NCBI GenBank assembly: GCA_032718475.1 | Contig: JAUCBJ010005064.1 | Coordinates: forward strand, 1-54,727 | Origin: Nemertoderma westbladi | Taxonomy: Eukaryota > Animalia > Xenacoelomorpha | DNA length: 54,727 nucleotides | Reading direction: 5' to 3' | Shown here: positions 12,427 to 23,669 of the stretch, in pieces | Numbering within the stretch: the first letter of the stretch is position 1 | How the letters are laid out: every line of letters begins with the position of its first letter | Translations under genes and position numbers: made by a program | Notes under the pieces: generated by a model | The model's database searches: none | The model's input: the letters and a program-made list of their open reading frames with translations, nothing else | Told to the model about the DNA's origin: nothing

Positions 12427-15400
12427 TTGCTTCAGATGCTCCATCGAGAACCTAGAGCCATTGCTGATAACTTCGTCGGCAACGAAAGAGCATTCGAGTT
12501 AGCGATGAAGACGCTTAGCGACATCTATGGGAATAAAACCAAGATGGCACAGTCGATAGTAGAAGACTTGGGTAAGGGCGGAAGGATTACAACTCCGTTA
12601 GAGCTGTTGAACTTAGCGAACGCTATTTCGAACGCATTGGACATCTTGAGGACGGTGAATCTACCTCATCATGGTGACCACGCCGAAGTTTTAAAGAGTG
12701 TAATAAGACGTTTAAACATGCGTTACCGACAGAAATGGCGCAAATTAGAGAATAAGTTGGAGGGCCAAGGTAAAGTATTGACACTTCAGCAGATTCATGA
12801 CATGATAGCCACAGACGCAGTAGCAGAGATGAAATCAAACTTCTCAGAAGAGAATATGAGAGAGTCTAAACCTGTTACTGGTAAGTCTATGGTAAGTTTT
12901 GACGATGACAGGACCACTGTGACATTTAACTCAGTAGACAGATATAATTCGAGTACCCCAGCCTTTAGATCAGACTCGCGAGTATGGTCAGGTGAGCGGT
13001 TAGATAGACCTAGGTTAAAGCAACAGGAGTTGCCGGATGGATTTGTAGGTTGCCAATACTGTTTACTAAAGGAGGTAAGATCTGACGCCCATAAGTTAGA
13101 TAGTTGCAGACGGTTCAAAGAATTAAATTCGGAACAGAGAAGAGTTCAAGTGCGGACGTTGGACACCTGTTGGGCATGTCTTGCGCCAGGCCATGTACGG
13201 CGGCAGTGCCCGAACAGCAAGGACGGATGCATGGAATGCGTCAGACTACATCACAAGTTGCTACATGCGGATTTCCACACCCCAACGGACCGTTACTTAC
13301 AGCGAAATCCTCACAGGAAGGGGAGCAAAGAACCTGTATCGATAAGGAGGAATACGTATACCGGCATCCAGGACGATGGTTACCAACCAGGTTCGTCGGA
13401 TGAGGATGGCGAGTCGAGCGCAAGAGAGGTGACCTGCCAAGGTTTCACCGCGGATAGTTCATCGACCAGCGCGCGGACGTATTTATCATCGGCCACGTCG
13501 GAAATATTTAGCGTGATTCCGGTGAAACTTACTGGCGATAAGGGATCGAAGCGAATATATGTAATGTTGGACACTGCGTCCACATTATCTTATATCGACG
13601 AGGAAGTGGCGAGAGCTGTTTCTAGCTTCCAGGACGCCGAGGAGATACAAATAGAGTTGAAGTCTATGCATGGGGTAGGTGACCTCAAGGGACACAGAAT
13701 TTCGGTGGAACTAGACTCCCTACTTCCGAGAGACCAACATACTCGACAAGAACGGAAAGCTTTGCCATTGGACGGATTTAAGTGTCTAGCTATGAAGGGA
13801 TTCGGCAGGCAGTTAGGTAAGGTGCTGCCGATGAGTCCCATAGCACAGGAGTATTTTGACAAGCTCAGGATACCCAGACACCAGGTAGGTTATAGGAATG
13901 TTTCTATGTTGATTGGTGCAGAACAGCTGATCGCACACCAAATATGGGAAACGAGACCAGCTGAGCCGCATGTCAATGGACCACATGCCCATAGGACCAT
14001 ACTAGGTTGGTATACAAGAGTACCCATGTCTTATGAGTTTACAGGTGGCGACAAGCCAATAGACAGATACGACGAATTACAGCCTATAACTCAACCACCG
14101 TTAGTAGAACCACCAGACATAGACGAGTTTAGGAGAACCTGTATTGACCACTATAGTGACTTTAGCGAGTCGGACGAGGAGTTGATTCCCGATAATGTTA
14201 GGTTGTCGGAACCACTTTACAATGACCGGACAGATAGTGAACCCGAGGACTACTGTTATCAGACCCGTGGGTCTGGTTCAGCGGCTCACGCTACTTATCT
14301 GACTAACGTTTTGACTTATACAGACATAGTGGAGGGTCAAGTGGCTAAATATCGAGACCTAGACATTTTCCAATACAGTGAGGAGGAATTACAGAAGGAA
14401 TTGATACGCCAGGACCTTGAGACAGGAGCCAGAACCGTCGAATGGCTGGATAGGGACGCAATGGAACCCGGTGGATATGACCTAGCCATGTCTACTGATG
14501 AGAAACGGTCGCTGGAGATGATGGAAGATACCATACGTCTACTACCGACTGGACGTTTTGAAGTTGGAATGTTGTGGCGTCGACAACCACCTAAGTTGGA
14601 GAACAACTACAACTTAGCCTTGAAAAGATTGAACGGAGTAAGGGCTCGGTTGTTGAAGAATCCGGACATTAGGGAGAAGTATTGCGCCCAGATCAACAAC
14701 TATTTCGCAAAGGGATTTGCTGGGAAGGTAGAGGACCCTGACTTAGTGACAGACCAGACTTATTACCTTCCACACCACTATGTGACTCACCCTGACAAAC
14801 CTGACAAAGTCCGAGTAGTCAATGACTGCGCAGCAGTCTATAGAGGTATGTCCCTGAATTCAGAGTTGATGGATGGTCCCAACCTGAACAATTATTTGAT
14901 TGGAATACTGTTGCGTTTTAGACAGCGGCGATTCGCATTTACTTGTGACATCGAGGCGATGTTCCACCAGGTAAGAGCCTGTAAGGCAGACCAGGATAGC
15001 CTTCGCTTTCTCTGGTATGAGAATGAAGACTTATCCGGCCCAGTGGTTACATACCAGATGTACGTTAGGATATTTGGCGCCCGCGATAGTCCAAATGGCA
15101 TGCTGTTCGTTTTAAAGAAAACGGCAACAGCCCAAATTGGTAAGTATCCAGTAGAGGTTATCGAGTCCATCTTGAGAAACTTCTACATGGACGACGGATT
15201 GGTGTCCAAGGACACGGCGGAACAAGCCATAGAAGTGGCTCACGGCCTACAGGAGTGCTTGGCTACAGGGGGTTTTCCTCTAACCAAGTTCACTACGAAC
15301 TCGGAGGCCCTATTAGAGTCGTTCCCGGTGAAAGATCGCGGGAGCGGAGACATTGAATTGGGGGTAGAACCAATCCCCATGGCGCGAGTACTGGGACTCG

Positions 15401-18159
15401 CTTGGAATCCGAATACGGATAAGTTCCAGGTAAGAGTTAGATTTGAGCCCAGTAGCCCAGACAAAGTTTTGACAAAGAGAATTTGCTTATCGACATTGAG
15501 TAGACTATTTGACCCGATGAACTTTATCAGTCCGGTTATATTACAGGCACGAGCGTGCATGAGGAAAATTTGGTTGTCCGACGTAGAGTGGGACGAACCA
15601 ATATCTCCTATACATGCAAAGCAGTGGAGGGAGTGGGAAGCCGAGTTACATCTATGGAAAAACATAGACGTACCCCGTTCCTACTTTCCGAAACAGCTGG
15701 TATTCCCAGCTGATCTCGAACTGCATCTATTTAGTGACGCAAGTGACACCGGCTTTGGTATGGTAGCCTACCTTCGCCGAGAGGTAAGTCAGGACAAATT
15801 TGAGACGGCCTTTGTGACTTCTAGATCAAAGACAATGCCGGTCAAATACATGACTGTCCCTCGTGCAGAGTTACAGGCGACTGTAGTTTCAGTTGAGGTA
15901 AGTAAGCAGATAATTCAGGAATTAGACACGACATTGACCTTATTCTATTGGACAGACGCATCCTTGGTGTTAGTATACATTGCGGCCGACAATATTGCAC
16001 TAAAGACATTTGTGGCCAACAGACGCGCTCAGATCGTTGACTTTTCGACGAAGGAACAATGGAGACATTGTCCGGGAGTGTTGAACCCGGCCGACATAAC
16101 TTCGAGAGGTGCAATGCCGGCGGAATTCTGTCAGGAAGAGTCGCAGGAGTTTTGGTTGCATGGACCTGATTTTCTAACGAGGACACAGGAACATTGGCCA
16201 GAGCGACTAAAGATAGTGACCAATCCGATGCCTGAAGATGCAGAAGTCAAAGTGGAGAAAGTCTCTAAGTCAAAGTCTAAAGCCAAACTTAAGTCATTGG
16301 AGCGGCCTGAAGAGTCATTGGAGCGGCCTGAAGAGTCATTGGAGCGGCCCGGAGACCTGTCAGACCAACAGACTTACGTGACTACTAGGTCCGGAAGGGT
16401 AAGTTATGACGTAAAACCACCCTTACAGACTAAACCAGAGTCACAGTTGGTAAGTGACGGACAGAAAATGACCGACACAATGGATCCTTTGGTTTCCAAA
16501 CCTGCGGGTTTGGATTCGAAACTTCCATTAGTTAGCGGACAACCTTCGCTGGCATTAGAGCCATGTAGTGTTTATGACAAATTACTAAATTCGTCTGCCT
16601 CTTGGCTGACAATTTGTAAAAGAACTGCGTGGTTAAGCCGATACATTTCGTACCTTTGTATAAAACATTCGGAACATTTGAGAGAACCATCGAGCGCCAA
16701 TAGTGAGCGAATTCGGAAATTGAAACAACCTCTGACAGAGGATGAGATTGATCAAGCGGAATTAAAGCATTTGAAGCATTATCAAATGTGTGCCTTCCCA
16801 AAAGAATTCCATCTATTATCGGCTCAACGACCAGTTCTCTATAAACCCCTTAGAAAATGGAGTCCATTAATCCATAAGGGTTTGATTTGTCATAGATCGA
16901 GAATCCAGACTGTCGACATAAACTCACAGTTTCGGTTCCCAGTGATAATCCCTAGTCACGCAATAGAATTGCAAAGAGCGATTCTATGGGATATACACAA
17001 GAGGTTACATCACGCGGGAAAGCTACACTGTTTGTCGGCGGCGAGACAGCGATTCATTCTATTGCAACCAAGCAGGGCAGTTGGCACTATGTATGACGCC
17101 TGTCTGGTTTGCAAGAGAGTGAACGCCAGAGTATTGGAACAGGAGATGGCTGAACTCCCGGAAGCGAGAGTGCAGGCATATGACCCACCCTTTACGAACA
17201 CAGGGGTGGATTGTTTTGGTCCGATTGAGGCAAAGAGTGGACGGCTGACCCACAAGCGATGGGGTCTGCTACTGACATGCATGGCTAGTAGAGCCATACA
17301 TATCGAGCGTGTGGCAGACATGTCGACCAAATCTCTGCTCCTGGCCTTGAAGAGATTTATGGCCAGGAGAGGACTAGTAAAGGCGTTCTACTCTGACAAG
17401 GGTACAAACTTTGTCGGAGGGAACAGCGAGTTGAACGCGGCTCATAAAGCGGCACAGAATAAAGAAATTTCTGCAGCACTTTTGCCGCAAAGAGTAGAAT
17501 GGAGATTTAATACTCCAGAAAGTCCTTGGAGAGGAGGAAGTTGGGAGCGTTTAGCTCGCTCTGTAAAACAGGCCATTGCCAAAACATTGCCTGTAAACAA
17601 ACAACTTACCGACGACGAACTGGTCACAGCTTTCATTGAAATCGAGCATACACTAAACTCGAGGCCGATAGCTATGTTGCCAGACGGTGTTGCATTAACG
17701 CCGAATCATTTGCTAATGCAGAGTCCAGCATTTCTTGTGCCGGCATCAGAACCCATTAGTGCCGACCTATATAGTCGTAAAAGCTGGAAAGTAACACAAT
17801 TAGTCGCGTACACATTCTGGGAATATTGGCGGGAATACTATCTTCCCACCATATCTACCAGAACAAAGTGGTACAAAACGGTTCGGAGTCTCCAAAGGGG
17901 AGATTACGTACTGATAACCGAGCCGATTGTCAAGAGAAAGTATTGGGAGACAGGTGTGATCTTGCATACACACCCAGACGTGCAAAACATAGTGCGCACA
18001 GTCACTGTGAAAATTAGGTGCAAGTGTCCGCACCCAAAAAAGTGTAAAACTAATGGTTTACACACCTTGGACCGACCGGTCCAGGATATCGTGTTATTAG
18101 AGGAGACACGCATCGAGACGGGAGATTATAATTTGTCTCCTGCCTCAAAACAGAATTAG
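12427..18159 (+). CDS. pol: Element B gag core-protease-RT-RNase H-integrase polyprotein
   Basis: CWACLAPGH and CMECVRLHHKLLH knuckles; MLDTAS protease; DIEAMFHQV and FYMDD (RT); LHLFSDAS (RNase H); HHAG...CLVC, GVDCFGP, SDKGTNF, GGSWER (integrase). Confidence 0.97.
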   Translation: MLQMLHREPRAIADNFVGNERAFELAMKTLSDIYGNKTKMAQSIVEDLGKGGRITTPLELLNLANAISNALDILRTVNLPHHGDHAEVLKSVIRRLNMRYRQKWRKLENKLEGQGKVLTLQQIHDMIATDAVAEMKSNFSEENMRESKPVTGKSMVSFDDDRTTVTFNSVDRYNSSTPAFRSDSRVWSGERLDRPRLKQQELPDGFVGCQYCLLKEVRSDAHKLDSCRRFKELNSEQRRVQVRTLDTCWACLAPGHVRRQCPNSKDGCMECVRLHHKLLHADFHTPTDRYLQRNPHRKGSKEPVSIRRNTYTGIQDDGYQPGSSDEDGESSAREVTCQGFTADSSSTSARTYLSSATSEIFSVIPVKLTGDKGSKRIYVMLDTASTLSYIDEEVARAVSSFQDAEEIQIELKSMHGVGDLKGHRISVELDSLLPRDQHTRQERKALPLDGFKCLAMKGFGRQLGKVLPMSPIAQEYFDKLRIPRHQVGYRNVSMLIGAEQLIAHQIWETRPAEPHVNGPHAHRTILGWYTRVPMSYEFTGGDKPIDRYDELQPITQPPLVEPPDIDEFRRTCIDHYSDFSESDEELIPDNVRLSEPLYNDRTDSEPEDYCYQTRGSGSAAHATYLTNVLTYTDIVEGQVAKYRDLDIFQYSEEELQKELIRQDLETGARTVEWLDRDAMEPGGYDLAMSTDEKRSLEMMEDTIRLLPTGRFEVGMLWRRQPPKLENNYNLALKRLNGVRARLLKNPDIREKYCAQINNYFAKGFAGKVEDPDLVTDQTYYLPHHYVTHPDKPDKVRVVNDCAAVYRGMSLNSELMDGPNLNNYLIGILLRFRQRRFAFTCDIEAMFHQVRACKADQDSLRFLWYENEDLSGPVVTYQMYVRIFGARDSPNGMLFVLKKTATAQIGKYPVEVIESILRNFYMDDGLVSKDTAEQAIEVAHGLQECLATGGFPLTKFTTNSEALLESFPVKDRGSGDIELGVEPIPMARVLGLAWNPNTDKFQVRVRFEPSSPDKVLTKRICLSTLSRLFDPMNFISPVILQARACMRKIWLSDVEWDEPISPIHAKQWREWEAELHLWKNIDVPRSYFPKQLVFPADLELHLFSDASDTGFGMVAYLRREVSQDKFETAFVTSRSKTMPVKYMTVPRAELQATVVSVEVSKQIIQELDTTLTLFYWTDASLVLVYIAADNIALKTFVANRRAQIVDFSTKEQWRHCPGVLNPADITSRGAMPAEFCQEESQEFWLHGPDFLTRTQEHWPERLKIVTNPMPEDAEVKVEKVSKSKSKAKLKSLERPEESLERPEESLERPGDLSDQQTYVTTRSGRVSYDVKPPLQTKPESQLVSDGQKMTDTMDPLVSKPAGLDSKLPLVSGQPSLALEPCSVYDKLLNSSASWLTICKRTAWLSRYISYLCIKHSEHLREPSSANSERIRKLKQPLTEDEIDQAELKHLKHYQMCAFPKEFHLLSAQRPVLYKPLRKWSPLIHKGLICHRSRIQTVDINSQFRFPVIIPSHAIELQRAILWDIHKRLHHAGKLHCLSAARQRFILLQPSRAVGTMYDACLVCKRVNARVLEQEMAELPEARVQAYDPPFTNTGVDCFGPIEAKSGRLTHKRWGLLLTCMASRAIHIERVADMSTKSLLLALKRFMARRGLVKAFYSDKGTNFVGGNSELNAAHKAAQNKEISAALLPQRVEWRFNTPESPWRGGSWERLARSVKQAIAKTLPVNKQLTDDELVTAFIEIEHTLNSRPIAMLPDGVALTPNHLLMQSPAFLVPASEPISADLYSRKSWKVTQLVAYTFWEYWREYYLPTISTRTKWYKTVRSLQRGDYVLITEPIVKRKYWETGVILHTHPDVQNIVRTVTVKIRCKCPHPKKCKTNGLHTLDRPVQDIVLLEETRIETGDYNLSPASKQN
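16292..16348 (+). repeat. 21-bp in-frame tandem repeat (SLERPEE x about 3) in the RNase H-integrase linker
   Basis: AGTCATTGGAGCGGCCTGAAG repeated about 2.7 times. Confidence 0.9.
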
Positions 18160-18920
18160 AGTTGGACGCAACTCACTTCGTATGCATTCCTCGTATGCAA
18201 ATACAAGGAAATGTATAGGAGCGGGGTTGTGGTGATTTGCGTTGAGTTTTGTCTGGTGGGTATCAAAACAAAATTTTATTTCAAAAATATTTTGGAAAAT
18301 TAAAAAATTTTAAAATTAGAAAAGTGAACCCAAGACAATTCCAGACGCTGTGTATAGACGCGTTTTAGAATTCGTCTATAGATATACAGTAATTTGAAAA
18401 GTCGTGAAGCCTGGAAAATAGCATTTAGAAACCATGGTGACGGCTATATTACGTAGGAGTGTAAATTGAGTTTAGCAACTTCCACGGATTGGTGCCAACA
18501 GTACAACTAGGGTGCTAAAGGTTAGTAGCACCAGAGGCATACATGGACCCCACTCAGTAGTTTGCAGTGATGTGTGATGTTCGATTATCAAACCTGTGGG
18601 TTTGGTATAGTCGAGTATTGTGGCTATAGTCCTTCTAACTACTGTAGTTTAGTACGAGTAATGGGAGTAGTTTGGGCATCAAAAAGTGAGTTGGTCACGG
18701 CCAGTTTATCTCCAAAGTTTTTGCGCTATGCATGGGAATAGGTTAGAGGATAGTTAGTTAGGAAGAGACGGGATCTAGAGAGTCGAACCTGAACTGCTGG
18801 AAGGCAGCGGGGGGGTTCGGGAGGTCTGTCTTTTGGCAACATCTAACTGATTTACCCACAGTGTAATTGGTTACGTAACGGCACTTATTGGGATATATAT
18901 ATGTATATACGCGGGGCATA

Positions 18921-19913
18921 ATGGAGAAGGATATTAGAGCGCGACCGCGCAGATGATTTACTGCCAGAGAGGAGGCGGAGTTACCATTCGCGCGACCGGG
19001 ATGTAAAGATTCGAACGTTTACTACCATGGGCGGTCGGTGATGGAGCTAAATGGGAAATACAAACCCACTTATGATAAGGAATTACGGAGGGAAAGAATG
19101 AGAGCGTTGGGGGACCGTATGGAAGTTTTGCGGAGAGAGTATCGCACTCGGTATCCCTACGACTTCGCTTTAGACGTATGTGACATTAGTGCAGACCCAG
19201 ACGAGGAGATCGCACGGCTGTACCATATGAATATGTATTTACGATATGAAGAACCTCTACCTGCAGTCCGCGATCAGTTCGACGGAATGCATCTGTACCG
19301 GAGGACTCGAGGCGAGGACCAGGAGACGCCGAAATTCTTCAGCGTGTACAAGCTGTTCTACAAGTGCGGTGAATGCATGAATAAACAAGACGTGGCGATT
19401 CCCGACCGACTAGACGAGCAACATCCAGAACCGATATTAACACGATGTCAAGCTCACCAGTTCCTTAGATATAACGAGGGAGGTTACCCGATGAGCAACC
19501 CGATGATCAGTATCGACTTCAGCGGAAAGCGACCTCGAGACCCATTACGCCGACCGTTACGACATTAGATCCGTATACAGAGATTAAACCCTGTTCGACA
19601 CCCAGTTTGATAGAGACGGCAGCGGCCATTTCGCTGTACCGAGCCTATAAGGATCTAGAGGCGCGGCGCGAAGCGGCACGGGACTCGGGTACCAAACCCG
19701 CGGGTTTGGAGCTCTCGAGTCCCTGGACTGCGTTTACTTCACCTCACCGAGCGAGAACCCTCACTCCTGAGCATCAGGACGACATAGACGCGTTGCGACA
19801 GGAGGAGCGAGCGGCGAAGGCGAAAGAGTTATTCGAGAATAGGATAGCGGAGTACAATAAGACCGCGGATAGACATCAAGAGGAGACGAGGAGAGTGACC
19901 GGATTTGTTCCAC
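18921..19913 (+). pseudogene. Element B ORF3, N-terminal part (unknown domain), cut by the LINE
   Basis: ATG 18921 is in frame with ORF 19038-19568 (TGA at 18954), then a frameshift to the 19607 frame. Removing the LINE joins ...TGFVP to QVVSQPRPVYYSD... in frame. Confidence 0.7.
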
Positions 19914-19945
19914 TAGGATCGGCATGCTGCATTGCAGCTGCATTT

Positions 19946-21475
19946 TTAAGAATGCTGTGCCGGCTTGTCAACAAAATTGCACCGCCACAACTCCCTATCA
20001 CCCATGACATTTCCTAGATCATCCGCATCTTTAAGGCCAGTGTCCTTTAAGATGCGTCTCAAGAAAGTCATGGGCTGTCCACCATGCTTATTCACTCCAT
20101 GAGGCTGCCAAAGTACAAGATTATGCACTGGCTGGTCCTCACGGCGAAAGCAATGTCCTGCAAAGCGGAGGCGATTTTGTTCTAGTGTCAAGCTTGGGGG
20201 AACCAATGAGACACCTCCAATGTTATATAGTGTCTGGTTGGAGATGTGTGCATTGTACTTGACATAATGTACCCGGCGTAGCATTCTTGTGAATGTGCCA
20301 TCCAGAGATTTGGTGTCCTCAGCAGTTAGAGCCCAGCAAGGACTCCCGTAGAGGAGTACTGGAACTACTGCTGCTCTAAATAATCGGACCTTAAGTTTCC
20401 GATTAATTCTAGGTGACTTCCAAATCCTGGAAAGCCTATTCAAGGCTGTCCATGCCTTTCCCTTACGTATTCGAAGGTCCTCACCTGACTTCCGGATCCA
20501 TGATCCCAGGTAACAGAAGTCGTCCACATGCTCAAGCATACCATCCTTTGAGCTTATGCTCATCCGATCAGAGACTTGCTGAGGACTTTCAAAGTTAACT
20601 GTCAGAATTTTGGTCTTTCTGGGGTTAATAAAAAGACCAACACTAGAAGCAGCATGTTCTAATGAGCTGAGGAGCCGCTGGGCTCCCTCTAATGATTCTG
20701 AGAGTACTCCTAAGTCATCAGCAAAGTCTAGATCAGTTAGGTACTTGGCAGGATTTCCTCGACTTCTGGAGCCAGTAGGTGGAGTTATCATCACCCCATC
20801 ATCATTATGATGATCTAAGGACATGCGTAGAACATAGTCAACCACAATAATGAACAAGAATGGTGCAAGTGTGTCTCCTTGGAGGACGCCCCATAACACT
20901 TCAAATGGTTCTGTGTCACCGTCAACAGTAGACACAAATGTTGTCGAACCATCGTATACTGATCTGATTGCAGCAATAATTTCATCAGGAATCCCATATA
21001 ATGAAAGTATGCTGAACATACGTGAGCGAGAGACTGAATCAAAGGCCTTGAAGAAGTCAACAAAGATAACAGCCAGATGCCTGTCTTTCTTTTTTGATAA
21101 CTCTTCAATTATCCTTCTAAGTGCCAAAATGGGCTCCATGGTCCCACGACCTTTACGGAACCCATTCTGATTTCCACGTAGCAGTCTCTCAATGGGATCC
21201 CTGATGCGATTTAATAGAATTCTATTGTATAGTTTTGCAGCAATCGAGATCAATGAGATTCCCCGAAAAGAACCATAGAGTGTTAGGTTGCCCTTCTTGG
21301 GAACTGGCACCAACTTATTTGTTTTCATTTCTTGTGGGACTCTTGTTGTACGGTACATGTCTACTATGATGGGATAGATGAGCTTTAAACACTCAGGTAT
21401 TTTAAAGACCTCAGGGGGAACACCATCTACTCCACTGGCACGATTGGTCTTAATGCTCTTTGCAGCAGCCTTCAC
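19946..21475 (-). pseudogene. LINE reverse transcriptase domain (RTE-like)
   Basis: QNGFRKGRGT, FVDFFKAFDSV, GVLQGDTLAPFLF, LDFADD, FCYLGS, LLYGSPCW, RLRFAGH. Linked to the APE part through a frameshift near 21525. Confidence 0.93.
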
Positions 21476-21819
21476 TTCTGCAAAGGAGATATCGCCAATG
21501 GGAATATCTGGGAGTACCCAGACACTTTTACTTCTATAAAGTTATCAGGCAATACCCTGTCATTATTGGGGAGCTTTTCAAAGTGGGCTTTCCAACCATT
21601 GAGGCGATCGGCTGGTGATTCAGCCTTAACCTTGGTGGTTGGTTGGCTTTTCCGCCCAGTAAGCAGATTGATCGATTTCCATGCCTGGGATGATTGCCTG
21701 CTGTCGTCAGCATCATTGATGGCATCAACCTGTTGGTTTATTAGCTCCTGTAGATTAACAGAGTACTGCCTGTTCAGGGACCTAGATGCAGCTTTAACTG
21801 CATTCTTGGCCGCTGTAGT

Positions 21820-23259
21820 CTATTTGAGTCGGGACTCTTTCTGCGCCTTATGAAGGTCATTTCGGCACTTCTGAATTTTGTTGTCAGTCCAGGGGGCCCT
21901 TTTCCTGTTTCGAGGGTATACAGGAACTGTTTCTGCAGCTGCTAACTTAACTGCTTCTGTAAAGGCAGTATAGCCCTCACAGTGATCTGCCGCCTCAGAG
22001 GCAAGAGCCTCATACCTGTTGCTCAGCTGTAGTGTGAAGCTGGATCTCACACTTGGCTGTTGCAACAGAGAGGACCAGTCATGCCGTGGCAAGGCAGATT
22101 TCGTTGTTCTGCTAGCACGCAGACTAAGTCTTACCTTGGCCACAATAAGGCGGTGATCACTGGAGAAGGGTCGAAGTGTAAATGCATTACAGTCTTGTAT
22201 AAAGCTCCTGTATTTCCTACGAAACAGAATATGGTCTATCTGGGACTTGTGACCACTGGGTCCACTATGAGTCCATAGCTTTCCAGTTCGCTTCTTGAAC
22301 TGGGTTCCAGCCGAAAACAATCCATTTCCAGAGATAAAATCCTGAAGATGGACAGAATTTCGGTTAACACTATTGCTATAGACCCAGGGCGATGTAGGTG
22401 ATTGATGCAGACTTGCATTAAAGTCTCCCAGGAATGTTAAGAATGCATGCTGATCCACTCCATCAGTTGCTGCTTGTAGATTGTTGTAGAAATTTTCCAC
22501 CTCCTCTACAGGGGCAACACTAGTTGGAGAGTAGCACACAATCAGAACCACCTTAGGAAACTTCTTAGCCAGTCTTCCAGAACATGAGAAGTGGCAACGG
22601 ATGATGCGGTTAGAGATTTGGTCTATTTTGTCCAATGCTGCATGTGCAGTTGGATTCATCAATAGACCAATTCCACCTTTGCCACTATCATCTGCTGACG
22701 CGAGGGCGAGTCGCCAACCGTCCCCCATGTCCTTAATCAGAACCTCATCAGTCTGTCCAGTCTGCATTCGGTGCTCTTGAACACCCACTGCGCTAAGAGA
22801 AAGCTTATCTGCCAAGGCAGTCAGCTCACCTTGTCGCATTGGGGACCCGAGTGTTAGGGTGTTTACTGAGGCTAGTCTAGTGACTTGCCTCAGATTCACC
22901 AATGGCTTTGTTGGTCAGGGTGGAACATGAGAGTATCCTCCAACTCCAGAATCCCTCTCCCCATCACAATCTGGCCTCCCTGGTGACCCAGGGTTTGGGC
23001 CAGAAAGGTCATCAGGAAAGGGACTCAAAGAATTGTTGGCTGCTCTCTCTCCAGTAGGGGGTGAGACAGGCAGCCGGTCAGGAGTTAACTGACGCCTGTG
23101 AGGCCGATTGTGTCCGGTAATTCCACTGGCCTCTAGTGGCCGGACCTCCGCATTGCTAATGTAATCCATAGTGGGGGTTGTGGGGTGCTTTTTTGCCGAG
23201 TCAGCTCTCGGGGCAAATACCACACCCTGGTTTGCCATTCCACAGGGTGGGTGTCGCAA
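21820..23259 (-). pseudogene. LINE AP-endonuclease domain and leader
   Basis: ASVNTLTL, VGVQEHR, CYSPT, LGDFNA, SQIDHIL, SSDH. ORF 22915-23259 is in the same frame; stops at 22915 and 21820. Confidence 0.9.
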
Positions 23260-23669
23260 TGGAGTCAGATATGAGGCCCATCACCCATATCTACTCTGGC
23301 GTACATGACCCACCATTGGCTGTTGCAGCTCATCTGCTGGGTCATGCCCTGTACCCTTGCTGCCAGGTGCAGGTCGCAGTGAAGTGCCCTCAGAATGGAC
23401 ATGAGAACACTCTACTCCTAACCAGCCATTGGTAGATCACCATCTGCCTGGTCAGGCCATATACCCCTGCAGCCAAGTATATGGGTCCTTAATCCAGGAC
23501 CAAGGGCGTCCTTATCCCAGAACGAAGGGGGTCCTAGTTACAGGACCAGATTTGCCCTAGTAAGAGGGTCTATGCAGCTACAGGTGGCACCTCGTTTATG
23601 CTGCATGGAGGTGGCAAGTTTTCTTGATCAATGACCTAGAATACCTGACCTGACCTGAATTTGTTCCAC

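Larger units (their letters stand above)
19914..23658 (-). mobile_element. RTE-clade non-LTR retrotransposon (APE+RT), with probable internal inversion
   Basis: 11-bp TSD ATTTGTTCCAC at 19903-19913 and 23659-23669; (CCTGA)3 at 23644-23658. Confidence 0.93.

Noticed and set aside
23200-23560. HDV-like ribozyme at the RTE 5' end
   Set aside because: Hairpins and a long-range GGGCAAAT/ATTTGCCC pairing exist, but I could not fit the P2/P3/L3/P1.1 topology by eye.
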